DNA of 64,000 bases, from positions 48,546,001 through 48,610,000 of the forward strand of contig NC_083225.1 of NCBI RefSeq assembly GCF_032191835.1, read 5' to 3'. This DNA comes from Heteronotia binoei. Its lineage: Eukaryota. Both the position numbers and the translations under genes were made by a program. This document shows, one piece after another, positions 46,815-58,893 of this stretch (positions are counted from its first letter, which is position 1; each line of letters begins with the position of its first letter). The notes beneath the pieces were generated by a model, which did not search any database, had not been told where the DNA came from, and saw only the letters and a program-made list of their open reading frames with translations.

Positions 46815-47830
46815 CGGTACAACTCATGCTCTTTAACTTGTTCATTAATGATCTGGAGTCGGAAGTAAGCAGCAAAGTGTCCAAGTTTGCAGATGACACT
46901 AAATTGTTCAGGGTGGTGAGAACCAGAGAGGATTGCGAGGCACTCCAAAGGGGTCTTTTGAGGCTGGGTGAGTGGGGTGACAACGTGGCAGATGAGGTTC
47001 AACGTGGCCAAGTGCAAAATAATGCACATCGGGGGCCAAGAATCCCTGCTACAAATACAAGTTGATGGGGGTGTGAACAGGTAGAGACTGACTGAGAGAG
47101 AGAGAGAGAGATCTTGGGGTCGTGGTAGATAACTCACTGAAAAAAAATGTCAAGACAGTGTGCGATTGCAATAAAAAAGGCCAGCGCCACGCTGGGAATT
47201 ATTAGGAAGGGGATTGAAAACAAAGCAGCCGGTATCATAATGCACCCCCCCCTGTATAAATTGATGGTGTGGACTCATTTGGAATACTGTGTACAGTTCT
47301 GGTCACCGCACCTCAAAAAGGGTATTATAGCATTGGAAAAGTGTAAAAAAGGGCAACTAGAACAATTAAAGGTTTGGAACACTTTCCCTATGAAGAAAGG
47401 TTAAAACGCTTGGGGCTCTTCAGCTCGGAGAAACGTCGACTGCAGGGTGACATGATAGAAGTTTACAAGATTATGCATGGGATGGAGAAAGCAGAGAAAG
47501 AGGTACTTTTCTCCCTTTCTCACAATACAAGAACTTGTGGGCATTAAATGAAATTGCTGATCAGGCAGGTTAAAACAAATAAAAGGAAGTACTTCTTCAC
47601 CCAAAGGGTGATTAACATGTGGAATTCACCATCGCAGGAGGTGGTGGCAGCTACAAGCATAGCCTGCTTTAAGAGGGGATTGGATAAAAATATGGAGCAG
47701 AGGTCCAACAGCGGCTATTAGCCACAGTTTATATATATGTGTGTGTGTACATACACACACACATATATTGGGCACTGTGTGACACAGAGTTCGTTGGCCT
47801 GATCCAACACGGCTTCTCTTACGTTCTTAT
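46815..47830 (+). mobile_element. 5'-truncated CR1 LINE (RT C-terminus + short 3'UTR)
   Basis: LFNLFINDLESEVSSKVSKFADDTKLF; HLEYCVQFWSPHLKK; 3' end ggcctgatccaacacggcttctcttacgttcttat. Confidence 0.92.
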
Positions 47831-47921
47831 CATGATCTGCAACTTGTGTTTCACAACGTGGTGCACGCTTAAAGTCACTGTTAATTACGTACTTGATCCC
47901 TTTTTAAGATTGGCAATGTGT

Positions 47922-48236
47922 GGTGATTAACACGTAGAATTCACTGCCGCAGGAGGTGGTGGAGGCTACAAGCATAGCCAGCTTCAAGAGGGGATTGGAT
48001 AAAAATATGGAGCAGAGGTCCATCAGTGGCTATTAGCCACAGCATTTTATTGGAAAAGTCTGGGGCAGTGATGCTCTGTATTCTCGGTGCTTGCGGGGGG
48101 GGGGGGGCAAAGTGGAAGGGCTTCTAGCACCACTTGTGAACCTTCTGATGGAACATGGGTTTTGTTTGGGGTTTTTTTGCCACTGTGTGATACAGAGTGT
48201 CGGCCTGATCCAACACGGTTTCTCTCATGTTCTTAT
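47922..48236 (+). mobile_element. CR1 3' end, long-3'UTR variant (array unit B)
   Basis: Begins ggtgattaac after spacer 47832-47921; contains the ggggcagtgatgctctgtattc segment absent from units A and C. Confidence 0.88.
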
Positions 48237-48323
48237 TATGATCTGGAACTTGTGTTTCACAACTTGGTGCACGCTTAAAGTCACTGTTACTTACTTGATC
48301 CCTTTTTAAGATTGGCAATGTGT

Positions 48324-48520
48324 GGTGATTAACATGTGGAATTCACCGCTGCAGGAGGTGGTGGCAGTTACAAGCATAGCCTGCTTTAAGGGGCGGGGGG
48401 TAGATGAAAATATGGAGCAGAGGCTATAAGCCACAATGTATATATTTGGCCACTGTGTGACACAGAATGTTGGATTGGATGGGCCATAGGCCTGATCCAA
48501 CATGGCTTCTCTTATGCTCT
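48324..48520 (+). mobile_element. CR1 3' end, short-3'UTR variant (array unit C)
   Basis: Begins ggtgattaac after spacer 48238-48323; ends ggcctgatccaacatggcttctcttatg. Confidence 0.88.
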
Positions 48521-49329
48521 CAGTGTGTTTTACGAGGGGAAACTGTTGCAAAGACATTCATGACTAGTTCTGCAACCCATTCTAATAACTCTGCCCCGTT
48601 AATTATTAATTGCAAACACCTGCAGTTTCTTATTAACATTAAAACCTATCTTTCTAGCAGCTTCAGCAACCTGTTCTCAGACGATCATGAAAACTGTCTC
48701 TCATCCTCTGCAAGCGCAGGGAGGTTACCAGTCTCTAGGCTGGAGAATCTAGCTCTGGCTGTCAAAACAAAACTCACAACCTTGCAAATGATTTCTCACA
48801 GAACTGTGTCTGGGAAAGTGAAATCTAAGGTATCGTTTTCCACCTTCTAAGTCGATTGATCTTATATATTGCTAGTTGTGAGACAAAAGTATTTAACCCC
48901 ACAAACTGTCCTAAAAGGTCAACTGCTCAAGGTCAGTGATTTTATGGTGAGAACTGTAGAAATGTATACCTCCCAGATGTAGGAGAGCACATACCTATGC
49001 TTCAGCAAGAATCGTGACAAAATATGGATATTATTAAAGCTAACACAGCTTAGACTGGACAAGAAAAACAGAGAGAAGCGAGGAAATTAGGTTCTCACAC
49101 AATATATTTTCAGAGTCAAGTTGCCATATATTTTCTGAGTCCCCCACCCACCCTCAAATAACTATATTAATGATGTGTGAAGGACCATCTTTAATGCAGC
49201 AAAACTTTTAAGATCCAGTGTTAGCATACAACTTTCAACATCATGGCATCCCAGCTCAATGATTATCAAGGTAAGAAATTTTGTGGTGTGTGTGTGTGGG
49301 GTGGGGTTGTGTGGATGTAGAACTACCAG

Positions 49330-49530
49330 CTGCAATATATAGATGGAACACTACTACTGGAGTAGTGATGCTCTGTATTCTTGGTACTTGGGGGGCAACT
49401 GTAGGAGGGCTTCTGGAGTTCTGGCCCAGTGGTGGGCCTGCTGATGGTTTTGGGCCACTATGTGACACAGAGTGTTGGACTGGATGTGCCTTTGGCCTGA
49501 TCCAGCATGACTTCTCTTATGTTTTTATGA
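49330..49530 (+). mobile_element. CR1 3'UTR, long variant
   Basis: agtgatgctctgtattcttggtacttggggg..ggccactatgtgacacagagtgttggactggatg..ggcctgatccagcatgacttctcttatg. Confidence 0.82.
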
Positions 49531-49679
49531 CCATCCTCAAGAGCACTGTTATGAGGCAAAATATGTCCTAATTTTTATTTGCAGTGTGTAGTTTTAATGA
49601 TTCTTTGATCTTGTCCAGAAAACAAAATGGAATAGACTTGTTGGCTGGTAGCTTGGGGTTCAATTTCCTTAAGTATTTT

Positions 49680-49876
49680 CATGGCTTTTTTTGAGCAGGA
49701 ACGCACGGGAACACAGTTCCGGCTGGCTTGGTGGCAGGGGTGTGTGGCCTAATATGCAAATGAGTTCCTTTGGGCTTTTCTACAAAAAAGTCTTTTCAAA
49801 ACAATTGTGATGTCAGGGGGTGTGGTGTAATATTCAAATGAACTCCTGCTGTTTTTTCCCTACAAAAACAGCCCTT
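49680..49876. mobile_element. hAT MITE, CAGGGCTTTTTT family
   Basis: Homologous to 45527-45717; degenerate TSD AGTATTTT/AGTATTAG. Confidence 0.82.
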
Positions 49877-50590
49877 AGTATTAGTACTTGATGACATTTA
49901 AACAATTCTGCTCAATGTATATTTTTATTTTGGGCAACTAATGACTTTAAATTCCAGTAAACACATTTTTATTTTTTATTTAGTATATATATTGTGTTAA
50001 TTCTACGCTCAAATTAAGGCTGAATTTGGCCCGTGCATTCCAAAGTATAGGGTATGTGGTTATGAAAAGCCTGGAGTTCTTAAATGGAAGAAGTGTCACT
50101 GAAGGGAGTGACAATCATTTCCAGAGGGCTAAACTGTTTTCTGTTGTGATTCCTCACCCCCCTGCCTTTATTGGATTCGCAGTTCAAAGCACTAGCCTGA
50201 CCCTCAAGAATTCTTGTCACTTTCAATTCATGCTTCAGTTCTCTCAATCTTTTGAAGAGAAATGTCATTTTTCTTCAGTAGTAACATGCATTTAAAAAGT
50301 CCTTTTGAGAGTAATCAAGCCAATTGTGCCTTAGGCATTCAACCGCTAGGCCCGAGGCCGCTGCCCCTGTCATTTCTGTTATTGTCTCCGTCTCATTGCT
50401 ACCACCCACTCCCTGGGAACAGAGGAAACTAATGCTTCTTGTACCTTTTCACTCCCCCAAGCCTCTCTAAAACAAGCATAGCAAGCCATATGTGCCATAT
50501 AGGGGGTGCTGAACTTTTTGTAAGGTTCATTCCTCTTGTGAGAATTCAGCTATCCTTTTGGTTGCTCTGGAAATCAAAATCTCTATAGGG

Positions 50591-51030
50591 CAGGGGTGTC
50601 AAACATGTGGCCCGGGGAGGGCTCCTATCAGGCCCCCAAGCAACTGGTTGTCATTTGCTTCTTTCTCCCTCTCTCTTGCTTCCTTCTGCATCACAGCTTG
50701 CTTTGCAAAGGCTTGCTCAACTGCACAGGAACTACAGAGCAAAACCTCTATTTTCTCCATTGGCTGAGGCCCCTCCCTTGGGGAGGAAGGGGGGAGGGAG
50801 AGCTTGTTTTTCCAGGCTCTTTCAATCACAAAACAGCTACTGAGCCAAGCCTCTCTCCCCTCTATTGGCTGAGGCTACCTCCCATCCTCTGGGGAAGGAA
50901 GGAAAGATCCGCAACTTCCTTTGCTTAGTGCTCTGGATCCCATGGTAGAAATACAAAGAAAGCACATCTAAGACCAACAAGTGCTAACGTTTTAAGCATG
51001 TTTTAAGTTTATATATATACACACATTCAG

Positions 51031-51062
<32 letters not shown>

Positions 51063-51405
51063 ATAGGGGGGATCTGGGGGGGCAGAGGGGGGTGCTTGCC
51101 CCAGGCACCGACAGAGGGGGGTGCCAAATTGGTTATGAAGTCCATTGTACTCTATGGGACCATAAAATAGAATGGCCCATAAGGGGGCGCCATTTTTTAA
51201 TTTTGCCCCCCCTCAAAAACATGTAGGTCTGGTCCTGTATATATATATAAATTGTGTTTGTCTGTGTCCTTTATAAAGTTTATATCACTGCTACCTACTC
51301 TTAAACAGGTACACACATGGCCTGGCCCAACCTGACATGGCTCGGCCCAACAAGGTCTCATTATGTCAGATCTGGCCTTCATAACAGATGAGTTCGACAC
51401 TGCTG
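50591..51405. mobile_element. hAT (Charlie-like) element, CAGGGGTGTCAAAC family, with nested MITE
   Basis: Termini caggggtgtcaaac/gttcgacactgctg; TSD CTATAGGG/CTCTAGGG. Confidence 0.85.
51064..51237. mobile_element. Nested hAT MITE (reverse copy of 26677-26859) inside a (TG)n/(TA)n tract
   Basis: gtgccaaattggttatgaagtccattgtactctatggga..aatggcccataagggggcg..atgtaggtctggtcctg. Confidence 0.85.
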
Positions 51406-51675
51406 CTCTAGGGGGCTTGGGGAAGTGGAGATGGCACATCAGTTCATTGGGCTTAAGGGCTGGGGCAGAGGTGGCAGTTAGGTAAGGACGGTGGCATGTG
51501 GGAGTGGCAGGTTGCTGTTATCCCAAATCCACCACTGGAGGCAACTGCCTTACCTCTCTTCTTGGATGACTCCTGTTTTGTAAAGATTCATGGTGGTCCT
51601 TAGGTACATCTTGTCTTTCTTCAGCATCCAGGTGTTTCATGCGCATCCCATATCCATTTTTTAAAAAGAAAAAGC

Positions 51676-51973
51676 AGCTTTAGGAGATAGGACTTAGACT
51701 GTGGTAGTGTTTGGAAAGAGGATACTTGTCTCCACTGCTTCTCTTGTACCACCAGCTGATCTTTCTCCTAGAGATTTTCAAATGCAAGTATTTTAAAGTA
51801 AACACTGCAGTAATCCACTGTTTCTAAAGTAGCTTTAGGAGATGGGACTTAGATTGCAGTAGTATTTGGAAAGAAAGGATACTTGTGTCCACTGCTTCTC
51901 TGCAACCACCAGCTGATCTTTCTCCTTGAGATTTTAAAATGCAAGTATTTTAGAATAAACATTGTAGTAATCT
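51676..51973 (+). repeat. Tandem duplication, 155-bp period, two copies
   Basis: agctttaggagat(a/g)ggacttaga..gagatttt(c/a)aaatgcaagtatttta starts at 51676 and again at 51831. Confidence 0.9.
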
Positions 51974-52015
51974 AGCCACAAGCATTAGAACATTATGCAG
52001 TGGTAGGGGGACCAC

Positions 52016-52212
52016 TAGTGTTGCCAGATCTGAGTAGGGAAATACCTGGAGATTTGGGGGATGGAGCCTGAGGAGGGCAGAGTTTGGGAAGGGGAAGGAC
52101 TTCAGAGAGGTATAACGGCATAGAGTCTACCTGCTAAAGTGACCATTTTCTCTCAGTGAACTGATCTCTGTTGCCCAGAGATCAGCTGTAATAGCAGGAA
52201 ATCTCCAGCCAC
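52016..52212. mobile_element. TAGGGTTGCCAG short-form hAT MITE
   Basis: tagtgttgccaga..ggatggagcctgaggagggcag..gaactgatctctg; homologous to 7357-7603. Confidence 0.75.
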
Positions 52213-52982
52213 CACCTGGATGTTGACAATCCAAGGAACTACAAGCTCTGGGTTGGTTTGGAGTAGAAAAGTACTGGATGTGGCAAGCACTCTAAACAGT
52301 CCACAAGTTGATTTTACTAAATGTAAGAAAGGGCAAGTCCATTGGGCTTGCATGGAACACTGATCTAGACCCCATAACCACATACATCTTGCCTTTCAGC
52401 ATCACAAGTTAACAAATTAAAATGCAGATTAACAAATTAAAACATGCATAATAAAATCATATTTTAAAACCATTATAGCTAACCATATAACAACACATCA
52501 TTAAAACAAATAAACTAGAGCTTAAAAACATACAAAGACATAAAAACAACAGCTGAAACACTGGAAGGAAGGATCATTGAAGGAATACCAAACAAAACAA
52601 AACAAAAAGTTTTTGTGGGCTGGTGGAAGATGGCAGCAGAAGGGACAGATGAATCTTCTCCAAGGAGAAAGCCCCAGAGTTTTGGTGCCATGACTGAGAA
52701 GGACCAGATACATGCAGTGAGACCAATCCCATATATGTTTATTCTGAAGTAAATCCTAGTGAATTTAATTCAAGTTTATTCCAAATAAGTTTGCATAGAA
52801 TTGTCTCCTTAGGTTTTTGAAGCCAGTGTTGTACTTCACTATTTTGAATTATGCTTGAATTAATGTTTATCTTTATGGGACTCAAAATAGTGCCATACTT
52901 ACTGGGACATGAGCCCTTTTTTCTTTGGATTTCCGGCTTTAACAACTAAGGTAGTATAAATACAAGACACTTTCGAGTCGAC

Positions 52983-53143
52983 CAGAGGTGGAGTTCTAGC
53001 AGAAGCTCCTTTGCATAGTAGGCCACACACCCCTGATGTAACCAATCCTCCAATCTTATTTTTTGTAAGCTCTTGGAGAATTGGCTAAGTCAGGGGTGTG
53101 TGGCCCAATATGCAAATGAGCTCCTGCTAGAATTCTACCCCTG
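52983..53143. mobile_element. Palindromic MITE related to the CAGGGCTTTTTT family (different termini CAGGGGT(G/A)GAATTCTAGCAG)
   Basis: cagaggtggagttctagcag / ctgctagaattctacccctg; shares the ggccacacacccctgatgta and tatgcaaatgag core. Confidence 0.8.
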
Positions 53144-53570
53144 CTTTTGACCATAGTATTCACTTATGCAAGCTTCTTGTTTCTTGCCCTGAGCTACTTC
53201 ACAAGGTTACCATGAGGCTAACAGACCACTCCAAACTCCTTAGACTCAATATAGAATCATAAAGTTGGAAGGGACCTCAACTTTATGCACAATAGTCCAA
53301 CCCCCTGTACAATAAACAAAGATGTACCAGTATGAGTTTGTGTATCTCCCTAGTCTCATTTAAATGGTGTTACTACAAATGCAGTATTTTAGCATGCCAA
53401 TGCAAAGTTTATGTAAGCTACAGATCTTTGGCATTCTACCACTGCATACATGCTAACACTGCATCTCCAGTTTAAATGAAGCATGTTGTATACATTTTAA
53501 AAATATATCTTATGGCATTGTGTGTGGCATAACTAGGAGATCTTAGGATTGTCTGGCAGCCTGAAGCTCT

Positions 53571-53866
53571 AGAGCCAGTTTGATGTGGTGGTTAAGTGCG
53601 CAGACTCTTATCTGGGAGAACCAGGTTTGATTCCCCACTCCTCCACTTGCGCCTGCTGGAATGGGCTTGGGTCAGCCATCGCTCTCACAGGATTTGTCCT
53701 TGAAAGGGCAGCTGCTGTAAGAGCTCTCTCAGCCCTACGTACTTCACCGGGTGTCTGTTGTGGGGTGGGAATGTAAAGGAGATTGTGACCACTCTGAGAC
53801 TCAGAGTATAGGGTGGGATATAAATCCATCGTCGTCGTCGTCATCATCTTCTTCTCCTCCTCCTCT
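53571..53866 (+). mobile_element. Squam3-like SINE with mixed (GTC)/(ATC)/(CTC) tail
   Basis: agagccagtttgatgtggtggttaagtgcgcagactcttatctgggagaaccaggtttgattcccc head. Confidence 0.9.
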
Positions 53867-54194
53867 CTTTTAGTGTTATGCAGCAAGCCAGTCATTTTTT
53901 TGGGGGAGGGGGAGAGCTATGACTAAACCAAGGTCACTCAGCTTGGCTTCAAGTGGAAGAAGGCAAAATCAAATCTGGTTCTCCAGATTAGAGCCCGTCG
54001 CTAACTATTGTACTACACTAGCTCCCTGGCATGGCATACATATTCAGCATCACGCTATTAATTTTTCTTCAAAAGTGTCACTTTTAAATCGTGTCTTAAC
54101 ATAGAGTTGGGCACAAATGTAACAAATCTACTACTGTCTTGGAATAATTAACTTTTGTATGTTACATATGTATTTATATATGTTTTTCCTACAG

Positions 54195-54337
54195 GGCACT
54201 TTGCCAAAAGAAAGAAAACTTCTCTTTGGTTCACCATTGCTTTGTTGGTAGTATCTACTTTCATACTGACCATTGGCCTTGCAGCTACAACAAGAACAGA
54301 AAATGTAACCGTGGGAGGCTATTACCCAGGAATAATC
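54195..54337 (+). CDS. TMEM255B: Transmembrane protein 255B, coding exon 2 (143 nt)
   Basis: Acceptor tttttcctacag|, donor |gtaagt; encodes HFAKRKKTSLWFTIALLVVSTFILTIGLAATTRTENVTVGGYYPGII; RKKTSLWF and TTRTENVT match TMEM255B rather than TMEM255A. Confidence 0.96.
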
Positions 54338-54903
54338 GTAAGTGAAGTAGAAATGATGTGTCACATATTCCACTGTTCACTATGCTATACTATGAACTAG
54401 ACCAGGGGTCCCTGGTTTTGTTGAATCTGCAGGCACTATAGGAATACAGTGGATATCACAACAAAATTGCTGGCATGGAGGAGAGGAGGTGAACCCATCA
54501 TTAAATGGCTACCCTGGTGGCTGAATCCAATCACAAAAGCCTTGCAAGGTTCTACAAAATGTTAATAGGTTCCAAGCCAAGCATCCTGCTATGATGGAAG
54601 TAACTGGTTTCAAATGGCTGCACCTTGCAGATGTAAAAAGTGATACTTCATGGGTGAAAGCAAATTCCTACTCTGCTGGAGGAAAGCCAGCAATGACTCT
54701 GCATTGAGGAGGAGATGCTTTGGGGGAGAAGTGAGTCAGTGCCAGGAAATACATTGGCAGACATCATGGTATCCATGGGTACCACTGTGGGAACCACTTC
54801 ATTGTCCATTTAGATGAACAGTAAGAACCGTAAATCTGTTGGGGTACTTCAGCCTAAATTTCTGCATCTGTGTTTCTGCCTGTGATGTCAGTATGAGTGA
54901 CAT

Positions 54904-55270
54904 CATAGAATCATAGAGCTGGAAGGGACCTCTACGGTCATCTAATTCAACCCCCTGCACAATGCAGGAAACTCACAAATACCTCCCTCTAAACTCACAG
55001 GATCTTCATTGCTGTCAGATGGCCATCTAGCCTCTGTTTAAAAACCTCCAAGGAAGGAGAGCCCACCACCTCCTGAGGAAGCCTGTTCCACTGAGGAACC
55101 ATTCTAACTGTCAGGAAATTCTTCCTAATGTTGAGCCAGAAACTCTTTTGATTTAATTTCAACCCATTCGTTCTAGTCCTACCTTCTGGGGCCACAGAAA
55201 ACAATTCCACACCATCCTCTATATGACAGCCCTTCAAGTACTTGAAGATGGTGATCATATCACCTCTCAG
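54904..55270 (-). mobile_element. CR1 LINE 3' fragment with (ATTCTATG)n-type tail
   Basis: catagaatcatagagctggaagggacc; minus-strand translation MITIFKYLKGCH..GRTRTNGLKL..FLTVRMVPQWNRLPQEVV. Confidence 0.92.
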
Positions 55271-57397
55271 TTTTGTGACTTACTGCTGTCTGTGACCAAT
55301 GAGCAGGTTATGTGAAATCTGAGGGAAAATAGCTCTACCTATTGTTAATGGGTTGTTAATGCTTGTGCATGAAGGAAATAGAGTACACATATTGAAAGAT
55401 AACTGTCCATACTCAAACTAAAGGACAAGTTGGATGAATGCAGACCATGCTAGGAATATTGGTAGGAATGTTGCGACATCAGCTGCATTTCTCCCTTGCA
55501 AGTAATATTTAATAGGGAGAGCCTAAGTGACAATTATTTCCCACTGTATTTAACATAAATAGATTTATGGTGCATTAACTACGGGAATACAAAATGAGCT
55601 CAAGTTAATCTATCTGTGCTGTAAGATGTCTTATTTCAGCATTACACTATGATTGAAGATGTTTTCATCCAGAAGAGAAGAAAAAATGTGCTCCAAAGAA
55701 AATTAATTAAGAAATAAGACAATTCTGTAAACGTCCTGAATATTTTAGGTGTTTTATTTAATTAGTGAACTTTTATTTTTATTAATGTTATTTGTTAATA
55801 ATTATGGTTATCATAATATTTGGTCCTGCATATGAAACTTGTGCATAGTTATATAGCTCAGGTTGTTTGGAGCAATCTTTAAACATGGTCCTTTTAAAAT
55901 TAAAATTCCATAATCTTTTAAATGCACTTTTTTTTTTCCTGTACAACAAGCAATTGCGTTTAAATGGCCTATTTCAGTTCTGAAGTTGTTGCAGGCTTAT
56001 AGATCCAGTAATTAAGAATACTTTGCTAGTTAATATAGCATGGAATGCCCCATTATCCATATATGTCTTCAGTTTACCAAGATAGATCCAAAAGTTATGC
56101 TACAATAGTTCTGAGTAGTTGTCCTTGGAAAAGGAAGGATAAATTTAAAGAAAAGAATAGCTCTCTCCTGGCTTTCTTTAGCCATCATGGCAGCATTGGT
56201 AATGAATTACTAAAATCACAATTTCAAGCCTGAATACGAAAGAAATTTGACATATATATTCATATAGTGTTCTATTGAATAATGGGCAAATCCTGTCTAC
56301 GGATCAGTTGAAAGAGACAGTGCTCTGGTTTCAATACCTGCAATTACAGACGTTTCTAAACCTAGAGGGCTTTTTAAAAAACTGCATTTGCAGGTCTTTT
56401 CTATGCATGTTCTTTCTTGGGTGGGGGGTTTCTTCCCTTTCTAGGCTGTTATGTGCTTTTGCCCAAAATACAGCCAGGTTAGAGTGACAGTCTCAAATTG
56501 ATAAAGGATATACACAAAACCAAATGGAAGGTGGTTTCCTTCAGTCTCCATAACTATAGTCATATAGGATTCTGGCCCAGTGGTATATTATTCCTGACAG
56601 AATACACCACATTGCAGGAACTGCAGGATGAGGAGAACTTTCTACCATGCATTAGTCCTCTACATGTCATGATTAATCCCGACACTTTAAGAGCATTCAT
56701 TTGATGATATTAGCACTCTGTTGTAATTCAGTGCTTTCTGTGTTGCATTTTTGTCTCTCCCCACTAATCTATTTTGTGGAAATTTTAAAAACTCAACATG
56801 CAATTGCCATGCCAGGCTGTTCCATGAGAACATTCAAAGCACTACTGATGTTCCCCAGGTCGACTGAGTCTTTATAATTCGAAACCTCTGATTTGCATCC
56901 AGCATAATAAATTATTGCCTGTTCTTCACTGGGTTGCCTGATTCTCTTACCATTTGTGAATGTAATTGGAAATTATCTATCTGGTTGCAGGTGATGGGAT
57001 TAGGAGATTTGTATTTGCTTGGGCAATGTGCTTAGCAGTTTGTAGTTTTCAGAAGTCCCTGCTCCTTTTTATTTCTATTTTATCTATATAATGTATGTCT
57101 GCCCTTCTTCCTAATGTAGGGATCCAAGACAAGTGATCAAACCACACCATTCAGATCTAACTAGACACCACCTGTAGTATATAAGGGCTGCTCTAGTTGT
57201 TGCCCATTGGAAGGGGCCATTGTTGTCTCTCCCTGCCCTTCTACACAATGATTAGTCCATGATGGAGTCTGAGAGTGAGAGGCCAAGCTGATGGAAGGAA
57301 TCTTGTTCTCTCTCCTTCTGCAGAAAGGCTGCCTGTTTATGAAGGCCTGAGGAATAGATTATTTGTATGATCATTATAAGTGACCAATGGTGCTGTC

Positions 57398-57465
57398 TTA
57401 AGCAGAGTTACAGCCCTTTAAGTCAGTTGAAGTCAATGGGCTTAGAAGGGTATAACTCTGCTTAG
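57398..57465. repeat. Short palindromic repeat (old hairpin MITE)
   Basis: Arms ttaagcagagttacagcccttta / ttagaagggtataactctgcttag around ttgaagtcaa. Confidence 0.6.
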
Positions 57466-58354
57466 GGGGGCCCTGCTGGTTCCCAGACAGCATCCCAGCA
57501 TGCAAACTCACAATTTGTCCTCTCTATGGAATCACTGCCATTGTGTCTGTTTCTCACTTTTGCTACACTAACCATTTCCAGAAAGTTTGTGACAGTGGTT
57601 GTTGAAATGCTTCCTGAACTGCCAAAGAAACACAGTAAACATTATTTTAAGATGATGATAGAAGTAGCATTTTTGTTTGTTACTTCATTTTCCTGTTGGG
57701 ACTAAGAGCCTGAGAATTACTATTTGTGCATGATGTTAATGGTGAACAAACACCATTCAGATCTAACTAGACAACTGTCCTTTTAACAAAGGTGCACAGT
57801 CTATATTCTAGATTTATCATGGTACTGATCCATCTGTTCAAAATCAGAAAGAACAAATGTTCAGTCATTCATACAGCCAGCTGTACATGTAGATAACGTG
57901 AATTTATGGATGCACAATAGGATGTCTGAAAACAGCTTGCATTAGTGAGACCAAACTCCCTTTAGTTTTCAGTAAAAGCAAAAATATTTGACTCACTAAA
58001 GCCCATTGCCTCATTCTCAATCTCCTAAATGTGGCTAGACAATCAGGATAATGCAAAGCCTTGCATCTTCCCTTTTGTCCTTTTCTTGTGAACTGAGTTT
58101 CTCTGCTGTTGTTTGTGATAGCCATAGCACAGAGTTATACCTAACACTAAAATGAAAGTTTTGCAAACTCTGATTAATATTAATCTAAGCATGGTTAGCA
58201 GTATCCTCAGGGCAGAGAGCATAGCATTTTAGCTGTGTTGAACCCAAATGTGGATGGCTGCTTAAACTAGTTGTGTAAGCCTGATCTCTTAACAGTGATT
58301 AAGTAAGCAGGGGATAGTAGATTGTTGGCAGACCAAATTTTTCATTAATGAAGG

Positions 58355-58538
58355 CAGGGCTTTTTTTTGTAGCAGGGACTCGTTTGCATATTAGGCTGCA
58401 CACCCCTGATGTAGCCAGTCCTCCAAGAGCTTGCATGGCTCTTAGTTCAGGGCTCTGTTAGCTCCAGAAAGATTGGCTACATCAGGGGTGTGTGGCCTAA
58501 TATGCAAAGGAGTTCCTGCTACAGAAAAGAAAGCCCTG
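58355..58538. mobile_element. hAT MITE, palindromic CAGGGCTTTTTT subfamily
   Basis: Homologous to 38629-38808; TIRs cagggcttt/aaagccctg. Confidence 0.85.
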
Positions 58539-58830
58539 AAATGGAATTTTCCCACCTCTCTCCTCTAACCTCAGCCCACTTCTTTGCAAAAATTGCTGTT
58601 CCTGAGGGTTGAGAGCCATGAAGAATGAGATGGGGGGCTCTGTAGCAGAAGGGAGAATAGGGCAAAATTGCCACTTTAGTTTGGATCCAACCTGTTATAT
58701 GCAAAAGAGGTTCTTGTCTAATAAAGCATGGCACTTCATTCACTGTCTTGTTCTGCATAACTAAAATTACATACATCTTGTCTTAAGTAGCCAATATGAC
58801 TTATTTTTCTTGGTTTATTGTTTGCCATAG

Positions 58831-58893
58831 CTTGGCTTTGGATCCTTCCTAGGGATTATTGGTATCCATCTGGTGGAGAACCGGAAACAAATG
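58831..58893 (+). CDS. TMEM255B: Transmembrane protein 255B, coding exon 3 (63 nt)
   Basis: Acceptor gtttgccatag|, donor |gtaagc; phase 0; LGFGSFLGIIGIHLVENRKQM vs human LGFGSFLGIIGINLVENRRQM. Confidence 0.96.

Noticed and set aside
47800-48520. Repeat-spacer pattern resembling CRISPR
   Set aside because: Eukaryotic DNA; units are 200-300-bp CR1 ends and the spacers are near-identical to each other, the opposite of a CRISPR array
50080-50268. Possible LINE ORF1 remnant (coiled coil + QFSPLE)
   Set aside because: Too short and diverged to support
54155-54400. 81-aa ORF as a stand-alone small membrane protein
   Set aside because: It is TMEM255B exon 2 with intronic read-through on both sides of canonical splice sites
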